Shown: one piece after another, positions 48,132 through 64,000 of the stretch | How the letters are laid out: every line of letters begins with the position of its first letter | Position numbering within the stretch: the stretch's first letter is position 1 | DNA from: the human T2T-CHM13v2.0 reference genome, Homo sapiens | NCBI RefSeq assembly: GCF_009914755.1 | Contig: NC_060927.1 | Strand: one strand, 5' to 3' | Length of the DNA: 64,000 bases | The notes under the pieces: generated by a model | Told to the model about the DNA's origin: nothing | Databases searched by the model: none | What the model saw: only the letters and a program-made list of their open reading frames with translations | Program-made: the position numbers and the translations under genes

Positions 48132-48398
48132 AGATGCATAGAGAGGCGGAGAGGGGCAGTCATCCTACAAGGTTTCAAAAAATAGGAGAATCGAACATTT
48201 ATGCATAGACTTCACATCTTCCACTCTCCTTTAGCCTTTTTTCTATAAGAGCTTCTTTGGGATTGTTCAGATGGCCTGCAACACATTAAAAATGTTTTCT
48301 GGGAAATTCTAACTAATGTCCTCTCTCTCAACTTCTGGCAAAAAAAAGAAAATCATTCCATTGACCTTAATTTGCTCTCCCCACGGCAAAAAATGTCC

Positions 48399-48430
48399 TG
48401 TAATTTCACACTGTTTCCACTGGGTGGCAA
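48399..48430 (+). promoter_or_regulatory. CTCF motif with an upstream (U) module
   Basis: TGTAATTTC-N6-TTT-CCACTGGGTGGCAA in apparently unique sequence. Confidence 0.45.
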
Positions 48431-48592
48431 ATGCTGTCCCTGAGAGGAAAAATGAATGGTAAACGGTTCCAAAGCGCCTCCAAGCATGAGCTCCGGGAGT
48501 CCAAGTTTAACTTCTCCGAATGAACCCCTGCCCCCTCACGGCCCCTGCCGTGGGTATTTGCCACATCTTCCCATCATCTGTGCTATTACCTG

Positions 48593-50139
<1,547 letters not shown>

Positions 50140-50351
50140 CTTAATATTTTTCTTAGAATCAGTTCTCTTTTTAAATGTATATAAATGTATTTTAAGAAAG
50201 AAAGTTTGTATGCTCGAATTTAATTGAGAAACCAGTCTCACCTGTCATACACACAAACTAACATCACAATAAGTTCATAGCAAATAAAGCATCATCATTC
50301 ATTTCTGACCAGATACAGCCACTGAGCTGAAGGGCCAGACAGCAAGGCTGA

Positions 50352-51005
<654 letters not shown>

Positions 51006-51989
51006 TAAGACTATTGCCCAAGGTCACAGAGCAAGTAAGTAGCAAAACCAGGTTTCAGAGCAAGGCAGGCTGCTCCACAGGCTGGCTCAGAACAGCCGGG
51101 GTGACGGAGACCTGCATCTGCAAAGATCCAGCAAGCAGAGGCTCTGTTCCAAGGGGGTCCAACAGTGGCAGACAGGGTTACCCATTTCCTGTTGGTTGCA
51201 CACAGGCTAAAAATGCTACCTAATAATCACTGCCTCTTAATCCCCTCTGCTTCCCATGAGAAGGAAAAATTGTCTTGGGGGATATTGAAAGATCCCAGCC
51301 TCCAAAGTAAGTTTACCTAAGCAGTTTGCCTCATAATACGATTACCAAACAGAGGCTGTTTCCTTCAGCTCAGGGGACAAGAAAGGAGTGGCTGTCTCCC
51401 TCATGTTTCTCGTTATTTGTGTCATAGGCATGTATCACCTGAAATTGCCTGAGAGGCTCAACCAACTTTTAGTCACAAGATCTGCGAACACTTCCCTAGT
51501 GGGTGCTGAGGTTCTCCAAGGAGCTGCTGGGCCCATTTGCAAACAGATAAGCAAACGGCTGGGTGAGTGCGTCGAGGAGGGCTTCCCGTAAGAAGTTATG
51601 CCCCCGGTGAATCTTAAAGGATGCAGCATGCCAGGCAAAATTCCACAGGGCTCCAGAAAGAGGGCAGTGCAGAGGCAAAAGCACAGACAGAAGTTGGCAT
51701 GTGGGTGGGGAGTGAGGGACATGGCTAGCCTACCACGAAGCTTCAGATCAGGAAGAGATGAGAGGTGAGGCTGGACAGGGTGGCAGAGGGTGTCCTGAAG
51801 ACAGCAGGGAGCCATGAAAGACATGGAGCAGGAGTGTAGTGAGATTAAACCTGTATAGTAGAGGCAGAGGCCAGCATCAAGGAGACAGCAGTCCTGGCAA
51901 GACACAGATAAGGCCAGCACTAGAGAAGAGACAGCCAGCAAGGCTGACAAGTATGTATTAGATAATGCCCATGGGCCAGGCAGAGGTGC

Positions 51990-52600
51990 TGGGGAGGGAA
52001 GAGTTAATGGGACAGAGTCTCTGCCCTCTTGAGTTTCACATCAATGGGAGGAGACATTTAATAAACACATAAAAATGTAAAAATAAGATCATTTCAGATC
52101 CTGATCAATGCTAAGGAAGATATGAAATGGAATATTATGGTACAGAAGGATGGAGCTGTGCCTTGGCAAGGGAGGCCTTTGAGGAGGGGTCATCTGAATT
52201 GAGATGAGAATGATGATCAGGAGGAAGCCATGTGGGGCTCTGGGGGAAGGGCACTCCAGGCAGAGGGAACAGCAAGTGCAAAGGCCCTGAGGCAGGAAAG
52301 TGCTGGAGTGTTTGAGCAACAGGAAGAAAATTGGTGTGGCTGGACATTGATGAGCAAAGTAGACAGTGGGTGATGGGGTCAAGAAATAGGCAGGGGCCAA
52401 GCTACAGGGGGGCCTGTAGCTTCCTGACCACAGGGGCACGGGTTTTCTTTTATTTGCGATGGGAAGCCAAGAAGGCGAACGAAGACCAGAGCAGTAGCAG
52501 CACAGGGAGAAGTGGTTAAGTTCTGAATAGATCCTGGTGACTGAAATGACAGGAATTACTGATGGGTTGGACAGCAAGTAGAAGTGACTCTTCAGAGGAG
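51990..52600. mobile_element. L2 fragment
   Basis: 'ccaggcagagggaacagcaagtgcaaaggccctgaggcagga' is typical of L2; similar pieces at about 130-600 and 28500-28950. Confidence 0.7.
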
Positions 52601-52697
52601 TTTTATGGAAGAGAGAAGCAGAAAAATCAGATGGTAATTGGAGAAAGAGGTGGAATTAAGGAAGGATTTTTCAAAAGGGCAGGATTATAGGTTGCTT

Positions 52698-53008
<311 letters not shown>

Positions 53009-53249
53009 CTGGCTGCTCCTAACCTGATGGAATGACCCAGTGAAGGAGAAATTGATCATGCAGAGGAAGGGGCACCTGATGGGGCAATGTCCTGGAAGGA
53101 TGGAGAGGGGACAACTCACAGCACAAGAGTGGGGCTTGGCCTTCGCCTTGGTTCCTATTGCTGCTGTCACAAGAGGCTTAATGCAGCACACATTTATTTT
53201 CTCATTCTTCATCACACAGCTCCTGTGGGTTCTCTTATTCCAGCCCTCC

Positions 53250-53788
53250 TGAGGTAGATCAGCAGGACCTGTTTTCTGAGCACCTGTCAGGACCCCCGGT
53301 CCCCAGCCTGCTGATGGCAGCAGGATCTGGTTGAAACAAGGTGTAGTGAAGAAGCTGGCAGACACCAGAAACCAGCAGATGGGAACGAAAGCAACCGCTA
53401 GTTGCCCTCACTGCTCACTAACATAGACACTCCCCCTGGCACCATGGTAGTTTACAAATGCCATGGCAGCACGCCATGGCAACAACCTGAAAGTTACAGG
53501 GTTCTGGAAACTCACCACCCCTTTTCTAGAAAGTTTGAAATAACCTGCCCCTGAATTTGCATGTAATGAATAGTGGCTGTAAGTGCAGTTGCCAAAAGCC
53601 CACACACTACTGCTCTGGGCACACTGCCTGTGGGGTAGCCCTGCTCCCAGAGAGCAGCACCTCTGCTATGCACTGCTGCTTCAATAAAGCGGCTTTCTTC
53701 ACCACTGGCTCTTTGACTTCTTTCCTGGCCAAAGCCAAGAGCCCTCAGGGGCAAAGCCCTGATTTGGGGGCTCACCTGCCCTGCATCA
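53250..53788 (+). mobile_element. ERV1 solo LTR (MER41 family) nested in an MLT1 fragment
   Basis: TG...CA ends; MER41 core 'agtttacaaatgccatggca'; internal AATAAA. Confidence 0.7.
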
Positions 53789-55503
53789 CTTGTAGGTGGA
53801 AATCAAGCTGCTGGCAGGGCTGCATTCCTCTCTGGAGGCTCTGGGAGAATCCACTTGCAGGCTCACCCAGGCTGTTTACAGATCCACTTCCTGCATTATC
53901 CCGTGCCTCTTGGGCAGATGGGTATGTATTTACCCATATGGGTAAATACACATGGGGAAAAAGCCTTGCCTGATGTTGGGATGGAGGGAAATTTTTATTT
54001 TCTTCTTCCAGTTCATCTGAACATTCTAATTTCCCACAACAAAAATCATTTATTTGTTATTTATGTAGTTTTTTAAATTCACAAAACCCATCTATGTTGA
54101 TCTAGTTTTTTGTTTTAAGTTGTACATGCTGAAAATAAGGAAATCTCAGAGGCTCAAGAGGAAGGAGGGCACAGGCCCCACCAGATCTGGTCACAACACC
54201 TGGCCTGGCAGCTCCAGCACCCCCACTCACTCCAGAACCCCTTACCCACCTGCGTGGGGCTCACTGGTGAATGTGTGCAGGGCAGAGGAGGCGGAACATG
54301 CCAAGGCTCCATGGGGAGGGAGGGAAGGGCCAGACAGGCTGAGGCTCCTCTCCATGGTCCAGGCTCCGGTCAGAGTCCCCACTGAGCACATACCAGGGGA
54401 CCCCCAGCAGCAACCAGGCCCCCGAGCAGGTGTGACATCAGTGGGGGAACAGCACCTTCCCCACCCTTCTCTGAGCCCAGCATCAGTGGGTGGAGGAAGC
54501 AGAGCTGGGGCCTGGCAGCCTCTCAGGGCCTCCTAGGAGGGTGAACACCCAAATCCTGCCCTACCCAAATCCAGAACCAGGAGGCGGGGAGAGAACAGGC
54601 GGCCTCCCAAGGAAGGACTCACCCTGCTTGGCCATGCAGGAGGAGGAAGGCTGGCCTGAGAAGGATGTGAGACCAAAATAAGAACAAGCACACCCCCACC
54701 CCCGTAGGGCCGAGGAATATTCCCGAGGGTCCTGAATGTCAACGAAGTGCGTTTAAAGCCTCCGTCAGCCTTCTGTCTTTGGCTTTTCCTGCCAGGCTTC
54801 TGTAACTTCTGTGTTTTTACCCTGTTTTATTTATTTTTTAAGACGGAGTCTCGCTCTGTCACCCAGGCTGGAGTGCAATGGCACGGTCTCGGCTCACTGC
54901 CACCTCTGCCTCCTGGGTTCAAGCAATTCTCCATCCCAAAATATATTTATCTTTTAAAGGAAGCTTTATGTCACTAACATAAATGGAAAATGGTGTCCCT
55001 CCCCTAAGTAGAATGTGCTCTAGAAGAAAATGTACTGCAAATGTTAAAACCATAGGCCAAAATTCTAGCTAGAGATTCACACTTGGTAGAGGCTCTGCTT
55101 CCCAGGCCTACAGCTGTTTGTTAGAAAGAGGCATGGAGAAGCACTAGGCAGGAGCTAAAAACACCATGGCACCAAGAAGAGACTCCGTCCTTGAGTATAC
55201 AGGAGGAGGGAGGAGAGTTAAAAATGAAGTCACTCTCCCCACCATGGTGTTCTCAGCCAGTGGGAGCTGCCCAGCCCACACCTCTGTGAGGCAGGCAGGA
55301 CCGGTCACTGCTCCCACTTTACAGATGAGGAAAACTGAGATTCGGAGGAACAACCAGCAGAGCCACGTTTCTCAGGGGTCTCCTAGTTCCCACCTTCTGG
55401 GAGCAGGTGAGGGGCCACCCTCAGTCCTCCACAGACCTGATTCCAAAGCCCATCAAGGCACTGGCGGCACAGTGGGACCCCCTTCTATAAACCGGGGTTG
55501 AGA

Positions 55504-55615
55504 TGTGGTTCTGTGCCCAAGGCGCGGGCCCCTGAGGGCCTCCTGCCTCTGGAAATAGGCCCCAAGGCTGCACTGGGGGGATAAGCCAGGCTATTTTCAT
55601 CACTTCCTTCCGCCC
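55504..55615 (+). promoter_or_regulatory. GP9: GP9 megakaryocyte promoter
   Basis: RUNX TGTGGTT at 55504, GATAAG at 55580, ETS ACTTCCT at 55602 and GC box at 55610. GATA plus ETS control of GP9 is established. Confidence 0.85.
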
Positions 55616-55639
55616 GCTCCCGCAGCGGCCACCTCAGCT

Positions 55640-55718
55640 GTATCCCATAGAGTTGCCACCCAGGCCTCAGCCAGGACCTTTCAGGCCAGACAGGAGCACC
55701 TGACCAAAGGCTTCACAG
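55640..55718 (+). other. GP9: GP9 non-coding exon 1 (start approximate)
   Basis: CAG|gtaagt donor downstream of the promoter. Confidence 0.8.
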
Positions 55719-56361
55719 GTAAGTGGCCCTCCGTATTACCCAGCATGGCCTCCCACAGGGAGAGAGGAGGTCAGTTCCTGTCCCTTTAACAAGACAGGGT
55801 TGGGTGGGACATTCCCTCTGAGACACCATCTCCTTGGCTGAGTCAAGATGAGTGAGTTGATTTGACACTTATTCACTGGAAACCTGCTGTGGGTAGGGGG
55901 AGCTCTGCTGGTGGAGGGGAAACGCCTGTGGGGAAGAACCAAACAGAGGGCCACGGTTGCCGAGACCCGAGTGTGAGTCTGGCCTCTGACACCACACCGG
56001 TGGCCCTGGGCACATTGCTTTCCCTCTCTGGGCCTCAGTTTCCCCAAGTCAGTGTTAGCCCAGATGAGTGGTTTTCCAGATGGGGTCCCACTGAGTTCCC
56101 CTCCCTGCTCCAGCCAGTGTCCCTGTCCTGCTGTCTTCTGCATCTGGGAATCAGGTAACAGCTCACTTAGCTGGTGGGGGGTGCTGGGCGCAGCCTGCAG
56201 GGCCCTCCAAGGCTCTTTCCTAGTCTCTGGGGACTGTGGTCCTGGGCTGGGACTCATTTAGCAGCCATCTGCTCCTCTCATCCCCAAGCAGGGGATGGGG
56301 TCTCTGCTAAGGGCCAGGAAGTCCCTTCCCCTTCCCAAAAACAAACTTACCCAATCCACAG

Positions 56362-57141
<780 letters not shown>

Positions 57142-57243
57142 GCCAGGCCCCCAGAACCCCTGGCTCCAGGCCAGGGGGCCAGTCCCTGAGGCAGGTCCCC
57201 AGACTCCACCAAGCCTGGTCAGCCCAAACCACCAGAAGCCCAG

Positions 57244-57249
57244 AATAAA
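57244..57249 (+). terminator. GP9: GP9 polyadenylation signal
   Basis: AATAAA about 100 nt after the stop, with a U-rich tract downstream. Confidence 0.9.
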
Positions 57250-58405
57250 CTGGCAGCTCAGCTGTTTTATATAAGCTCAGAGATTTTTTTTTTTTTCCCC
57301 TCTCAGCATTTGAGTCTGACTCCTTCTGAAAACCTGGCTCGATTTTGTTATAACCAGACATCAGTTGGGGCTTCCCTGTTTCTCAAGTTGTTAGTAAAAT
57401 GGGCTGCCCACCTCCCCCACCCTTCACCCTTAACTGCACAGTCTCTGGACATCTCAAGCCAGGACCTGGGACTCTGGGTCTCATGGCCTCAGCCGTCTGC
57501 TTCTGGTGTGGGCCACCCTGGACAGGCCAGGCCAGCTTTGCACCGGGGCCAGCCCTCACCACATTCCCCAGAAATCTCGCTCTTCCAGCACGGTAGTGAG
57601 CAGAGCAGGGTGTCCCAAAGGCCCCTGGAGGGAGGAGAGGAGGGGTTTCCATCCCCACGACAGAAATGGCTTGGCGGGCCCTTTTCCATCACGGCCTCTG
57701 ACCACTCCACCTTGGCTGTGAGGCTGCCAGGGCGCACCTGGCCCCATCCTCTCCTCCGTCTTCTCTCTCCTTTTTCTCCTCTCTACTCTTCTCCACAAAC
57801 AAGACAAATCTCTCTATTTCTCATGGAAAACAAGCTCCTACAGGGCTAACATCTGCACCTCCAAACCCTGGGGTCCCCCTCCTACCCCAAGCCCTGATCA
57901 CCAAATCCTTCAAACAAGGCAACTCTCCCCCTCTGAGGAATCCTGGTGCCAGATGTTAAAATCATAAACTTTTCTCCACCACATGAGGTAACATTTATGG
58001 GCCTGTTACTGGCCAAGCCAAATCCAAATATAATTACACGAGGACCCCACCCCTTGAGGGGTTCCATGTGTAACCAGCAGACCAGCCTGGGTGGGCCTGT
58101 GGGTCGGAAGATTCCACCAGGTAGCCCAAGCGGGTGCAGAGTGCAGCTGGAGGGCACTGACTCACAGAGCTCAGGTGGGAGCAGGAGCCCCAAACCCAGA
58201 GGTGGGGGCCAGTAAGAAGTGATAGGGAATGTGGCAAACCAGGGAGCCTGTGTTCCATCCAGAGGGGCTCAGCCGATTGCCACCATGTGGAGGAGATGGG
58301 GGCCCAGGTGCCAGGCGTCCAGTTCTTCCAGAGAGGTCAGAAGGCTAGATTGTTACATGAACTCTCTAAAGTCTTTAAGTGTTGGCAACTAAATAAGAAA
58401 TTTTA

Positions 58406-59088
<683 letters not shown>

Positions 59089-59299
59089 TCAGTGCCTTCT
59101 TGAGGCCGTGTGTACCCGCCAGCAATTCCAGGCCCCTGTCCTGCTCGGTCCAGCAAGAACCTGCAGGCTGCAACAAGTCCCCTGTGGGTGGAGAGGGTGG
59201 AGGGCCCTCTGAAGCCAGGCAGGGATTTCCCAAGGTGGATGGCTGGTCATACAAGCACCCCAGGAGACGGTGACTCCCTGGAAGGTCACGGTCTGCCTT

Positions 59300-60245
59300 C
59301 ACCAGTTTTTGCTGCTACAACCTAATGCCACAGTCTGGGTACTGTAAAAACAGTGAACATTTATTTCTCATGGTTCTGAAGCCTGAGAAGTCCAAGATCC
59401 AGGCACTGGCATTCAGTGTCTGCTGAGGGCCCTCTTCCTCTCATTGCCAAAGGGGCGAAAGGGATAGAAGGGGCAGCCAGTTCCCTCACACACTCCTTTT
59501 TTTTTTTTTTTTTGAGACAGGGTCTTTCTCTGTCGCCCAGGCTGGAGTGCAGTGGTGCAATCATGGCTCACTGCAGCCTCCCGCCTCAACTTCCCCAGTA
59601 GCTGGGACTATAGGCGTGCGCCACCATGCCCAGCTAATTTTTGGTAGAGACAGGGTTTCGCCATGTTACCCAAACTAGTCTCAAACTCCTGGGCTCAAGC
59701 AACCCTCCTGCTTTGTCCTCCCAAAGCCACCGCACCTGGCCAACCTCAAGCACTTTTATAAGGGCCCTAATTACCTTCCAAAGGCCCCACCTCCTAATGC
59801 AAGCACACTAGGGATAAAATTTCAGCATTCAACAGCACCAGCCCCAGCCTCAGTGCCTCTCCCACCACAGGCATGGTTGACCAAACATACCCCTGCACGG
59901 GCAACTCTGCCAGCAATTCACACGATCTCCCCTCCCTCAGAGCCATCCACATCACCTCCCCTGACACCAGCCTCACACTGACCTCCTGCAGTGGTGCGAT
60001 CATGGCTCACTACAACCTCAGCCTCCTGGACTCAAGTGATCCTCCTACCTCCCACCTCTCCCGAATAGCTGGGACCACAGGCATGCACCTCCACACTCGG
60101 CTGATTTTTGTAGCTTTTGTAGGGAAGGGGTTTCGCCATGTTGCCCAGGCTGATCTTGAACTCTTGGACTCAAGCAATCAATTAGCCAGCCTCGGCCTCC
60201 CAAAGTGCTGGGACTACTAGGCGTGAGCAGCCACCGCACCCAGCC
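59300..60245 (-). mobile_element. MaLR LTR fragment with AluJ pieces (59497-59741 and 59986-60245)
   Basis: 'atttatttctcatggttctgaagcctgagaagtccaagatc' plus Alu arms. Confidence 0.75.
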
Positions 60246-60643
60246 TGTGTAGGGTAATTTTACCAGCAGCTATAACCACTGACCCACCCATCCGGCCGCT
60301 CTTCCTGATCACGGGCCTCTCTGCTGGCCACCTGCTCACTGGGAGGCCTCCTTCTCTGCTGTAACACAGAATCCACTCTCAACATACAAGACAACATGCT
60401 ACGGTGCCTATTATGGAAGTGGAGCTCAAGCCTGCCAGCTAATAGTGCTGCACTGGGCACAGGTGGCAAGTCTGTCTTTCTAGAAACTGTCTTCCCCAGC
60501 TTCTGAAACTGTCCTTCCCCTCTTCTGCATGCCCCTGGCCAGTGGGAGAGCAGAGGACAAAGAGGACAGCACGATGCCCATGGCTAGCCCTGAGGGGCAC
60601 AGATCATGCTTGCACATTTGCTGTCCAGATCCCAGTCAGTGAC

Positions 60644-61052
60644 TGTGATGGTTAATATTGAGTGTCAACTTGATTGGGTTGAAGGATGTAAACTATTGCT
60701 CCTGGGTGTGTCTGTGAGGGTGTTACCAAAAGAGATTAACATTTGAGTCGGAGGACTGGGAGAGGCAGACACACCCTCAATCTAGATGGGCACCATCTAA
60801 CCCGCTGCCAGCTCCACTAGAATAAAAGCAGGCAGAAGAATATGGAAGGACTACACTTGCTGAGTCTTCCGGCTTTCATCTTTCTCCCCTGCTGGATGCT
60901 TCCTGCCCTCAAATGTCAGACTCCAAGTTCTTCAGCGTTTGGACTCTTGGGCCTACATCAGTGGCTTGCCAGGGGCTCTCGGGCCTCTGGCCATAGACTG
61001 AAGGCTGCACTGTCGGCTTCCCTATTTTCAAGGTTTTGGGACTCAGACTGGC
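60644..61052 (+). mobile_element. ERVL LTR MLT2A (3'-truncated)
   Basis: Canonical start 'tgtgatggttaatattgagtgtcaacttgattgg'. Confidence 0.9.
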
Positions 61053-61382
61053 TAGAAATGGACTGGAAGTGAGCGGAAGGTGGAAGCTCTGTCCTGGCTC
61101 AGCTCGGCCTATGCTGGGAGGGTGACTGGTGGTGTGGAAAGTCCGCTGGGACTCAGCAGCACCTGGGCCTCTAATTGTTAGCTTTCTAACCGGCTCTGGG
61201 GCTGCAGTTCTCATTTTCAATCCTCTGGGTAATAAGCAGTGAGGACTTCTACTCCAGGTTTTGAGAAATGTCGCAAAATCTTGGGAAAGTGTTACTTTCT
61301 TGGATGGATCTCTAAAACAGTGGATCAAATTCAGACAGGAAAGCTAGACTGTATTACTTCCTTCATTAATATTTAATTGCAA

Positions 61383-61669
61383 GGCCAGGCGCAGTGGCTT
61401 GCGCCTGTAATCCCAGCACTTTGGGAGGCAAAGGCAGGTGGATCACCTGAAGTCAGGAGTTCAAGGCCAACCTGGCGAAACCTCGTCTCTACAAAAAATA
61501 CAAAAATTAGCTGGCATGGCGGCACGCACCTGTAATCTCAGCTACTCGGGAGGCTGAGGCAGAAGAATCACTTGAACCCAGGAGGTGGAGGTTACAGTGA
61601 GCTGAGATTACACCACTTCACTCCAGCATGGTCACAGAGTGAGACTCCCTCTCAAAAAGAAAAAAAAAA
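61383..61669 (+). mobile_element. Alu (S-type)
   Basis: Dimer with A-tail. Confidence 0.93.
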
Positions 61670-62020
61670 CAAATTAAATTGCACAGCCATCAGTTAAATA
61701 TATTGCTTTTAGAAAAAATTAAAATAGTACATCTCTCCCCCAATTCTGGTGGTGGTCCACTTCTGCGATACGCATATATGCCCACAGAAAATATGCTGGT
61801 CTTATGGCAGGTTTTTATGTAAATGTATCATACTTTTGGATTCTTCCGAAACTGGCTTTTCTCACCTGTGCGTGTTAGCCACATAGGCCCTTCTCTCTCC
61901 GTGGCTGCTGCGTAGTCTCTCTTGGTCTCTGTGTCCTCTGGCGCAATTGCTCCAGCATTCTCCTTTACAAACAAGCTGCCGTGTGCAGCCCTATGCACCT
62001 GTGCGGCTATTTCTCTAGGG

Positions 62021-63976
62021 CACTGGTCCTCAAAGCAGAGCTCCAGAGACCGCTGGGGAGAGGAGGTTCCCTGAAACTCTTTTAGAGAGGTCCACATATT
62101 CAAAACTATGTTCATACTGTAGGCCATTATCAGCCTTTTCCACTGTGGTTTTCTGAAATTAAAATCCCTCTTGAAATAAAAGAGAATTTTCCAGAGGCCA
62201 CATGATTTGTGACATCACAGCAGTGTGTCTGCAGACACAGACACGGCATCCAGCTACCTCCTATTACGCCAGACGTTTAAAAGATTTGCAAAAAATATAG
62301 AATGGCACACTTCTCACTCTTTTGTTTTGGAACATATCTATTCTTTTTGAGACAGGGTCTCACTATGTTTCCCAAGCTGTACTCAAACTTCTGGGCTTAA
62401 GCAATCCTCTTGTCTCCAGAATTGGTGGGTTCTTGGTCTCACTGACTTCAAGAATGAAGCTGCGGACCCTCGCAGTGAGTGTTACAGTTCTTAAAGGCGG
62501 CACGTCTGGAGTTTGTTCCTTCTGATGTTTGGATGTGTTCGGAGTTTCTTCCTTCTGGTGAGGTCGTGGTCTCTTTGGCTCAGGAGTGAAGCTGCAGACC
62601 TTCGCGGTGAGTGTTACAGCTCATAAAGGTAGTGTGGCTCCAAAGAGCAAACAACAGCAAGATTTATTGCAAACAGCAAAAGAACAAACCTCCAACAGCG
62701 TGGAAGCGGACCAAACCAGTTTGCCACTGCTGGCTCGGGCAGCCTGCTTTTATTCTCTAATCTGGCCCCACCCACATCCTGCTGATTGGTCCATTTTACA
62801 GAGAGCTGATTGGTCCGTTTTGATAGGGTGCTGATTGGTGGGTTTACAATCCCTGAGCTAGACACAAAAGTTCTCCAAGTCCCCACCAGAGTAGCTAGAT
62901 AGAGTGTGGACACAAAAGTTCTCCAAGTCACCACCAGAGTAGCTAGATACAGAGTGTCGATTGGGCATTCACAAACCCTGAGCTAGACACAGGGTGCTGA
63001 CTGGTGTGTTTACAAACCTTGAGCTACAGAGTGCTGATTGGTGTATTTACAATCCCTTAGCTAAACATAAAGATTCTCCAAGTCCCCACCAGACTCAGGA
63101 GCCCAGCTGGCTTCACCCAGTGGATCCCGCACGGGGGCCCAGGTGGAGCTGCCTGCCAGTCCCGTGCCGTGCGCCCGCACTCCTCAGCCCTTGGGTGGTC
63201 AATGGGAACTGGGTGCCCTGGAGCAGGGGGCGGCCCTTGACGGGGAGGCTGGGGCCGCGCAGGAGCCCACTGGGGCCGGCGGGGAGTGGTTGAGGAGGGA
63301 AGGCTCAGGCATGGCGGGCTGCAGGTCCTGGGCCCTGCCCTGCGGGGAGGCAGTTAAGGCCCGGCGAGAAATCAAGCACAGCAGCTGCTGGCCCAGGTGC
63401 TAAGCCCCTCACTGCTCGGGACTCGCGGCTCCGAGAGCTGGGCCGCCGAGCCCACGCCCACCCGGAACTTGCGCTGGCCGGCAAGCGCGGCGCGCAGCCC
63501 CGGTTCCCGCCCCCGCCTCTCCCTCCACACCTCACCGCAAGCTGAGGGAGCCGGCTCCGGCCTTGGCCAGCCCAGAAAGGGGCTGGCCGGGGCTCCCATA
63601 GTGTAGCGGCGGGCTGAAGGGCTCCTCAAGCGCGGCCAGAGTGGGCACCAAGGCCGAGGAGGCGCCCAGAGCGAGCGAGGTCTGTGAGGGCTGCCAGCAG
63701 GCTGTCACCTCTCACCTCTGCCTCTGAAGTAGCTGGGACTACAGGCACACACCACTATGCCCAGCTTTGTTTTTATTAAAGTATTTTATTTTCATTAACA
63801 TCCTTAAGCTTTATCATTATGATTGTAAACAAAGTGACACATTAAGTATGTTTAAACTGTCTCCCCTTATTTTCACACACTGTAACTATTGGTAGATATA
63901 ACCCATAAAAAGCTCTCTATGGTGCTCCAGAATTTTTAAGAATGGGTCCTGAGAGCAAAAAGTTTGAAAACCACTG
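62021..63976. mobile_element. hAT-Charlie element (Charlie4a-like) split by an Alu monomer and an LTR12
   Basis: Inverted termini 'cactggtcctcaaa' and 'tttgaaaaccactg'. Confidence 0.6.
62411..63714 (-). mobile_element. ERV9 solo LTR (LTR12C-like)
   Basis: Ends 'aattggtgggttcttggtctcactgacttcaagaatgaagc' and 'gctgtcacctctca'; tandem 'gctgattgg' (CCAAT) repeats; CpG-rich U3; CCTCT on both flanks. Confidence 0.95.
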
Positions 63977-64000
63977 CTCTAGACTAAGAAGCCCATGGCT

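Noticed and set aside
48380-48565. Two 9-bp inverted pairs (cccacggca/tgccgtggg and gtggcaaat/atttgccac)
   Set aside because: Short and not nested; plausible by chance.
53500-53532. MER41 as an interferon/STAT1 enhancer for GP9
   Set aside because: Both GAS positions are degenerate (TTCTGGAAA, TTCTAGAAA) and do not match TTCN3GAA.
55485-55490. TATAAA as the GP9 TATA box
   Set aside because: About 150 nt upstream of the likely TSS and upstream of the GATA/ETS core, so the spacing is wrong.
62790-63100. Interspaced repeats resembling a CRISPR array
   Set aside because: These are the standard LTR12 U3 tandem repeats in a eukaryotic sequence, with no cas genes.

Overview
Human/primate genomic DNA (recognised as the chr3q21.3 EFCC1-GP9 locus). 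The + strand carries most of a long EFCC1 intron, the last six EFCC1 coding exons (25578-34722; poly(A) signal 35595) and the complete three-exon GP9 gene (CDS 56608-57141, GATA/ETS/RUNX promoter). Between the two genes lies a near full-length old L1 (about 36560-45395) that hosts several Alus and a disabled, very CpG-rich JMJD4 retrocopy (40531-42996) flanked by a 13-bp TSD. The rest is mostly interspersed repeat: about 30 Alus, MaLR/ERVL/ERV1 LTRs, an LTR12C and hAT elements. Almost all other ORFs in the track are Alu, L1 or GC-content noise. I found no convincing new protein-coding system. The best leads are structural or regulatory: the GC-shifted retrocopy CpG island with a CTCF motif, a ~150-bp fold-back inside an MLT2 LTR, an inverted duplication spanning an Alu/L1 junction, an intronic CpG island with an RFX X-box and antisense splice donors, and an open in-frame GP9 intron 2. 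Gene and repeat names come from recognition, not from searches. Repeat boundaries are approximate.
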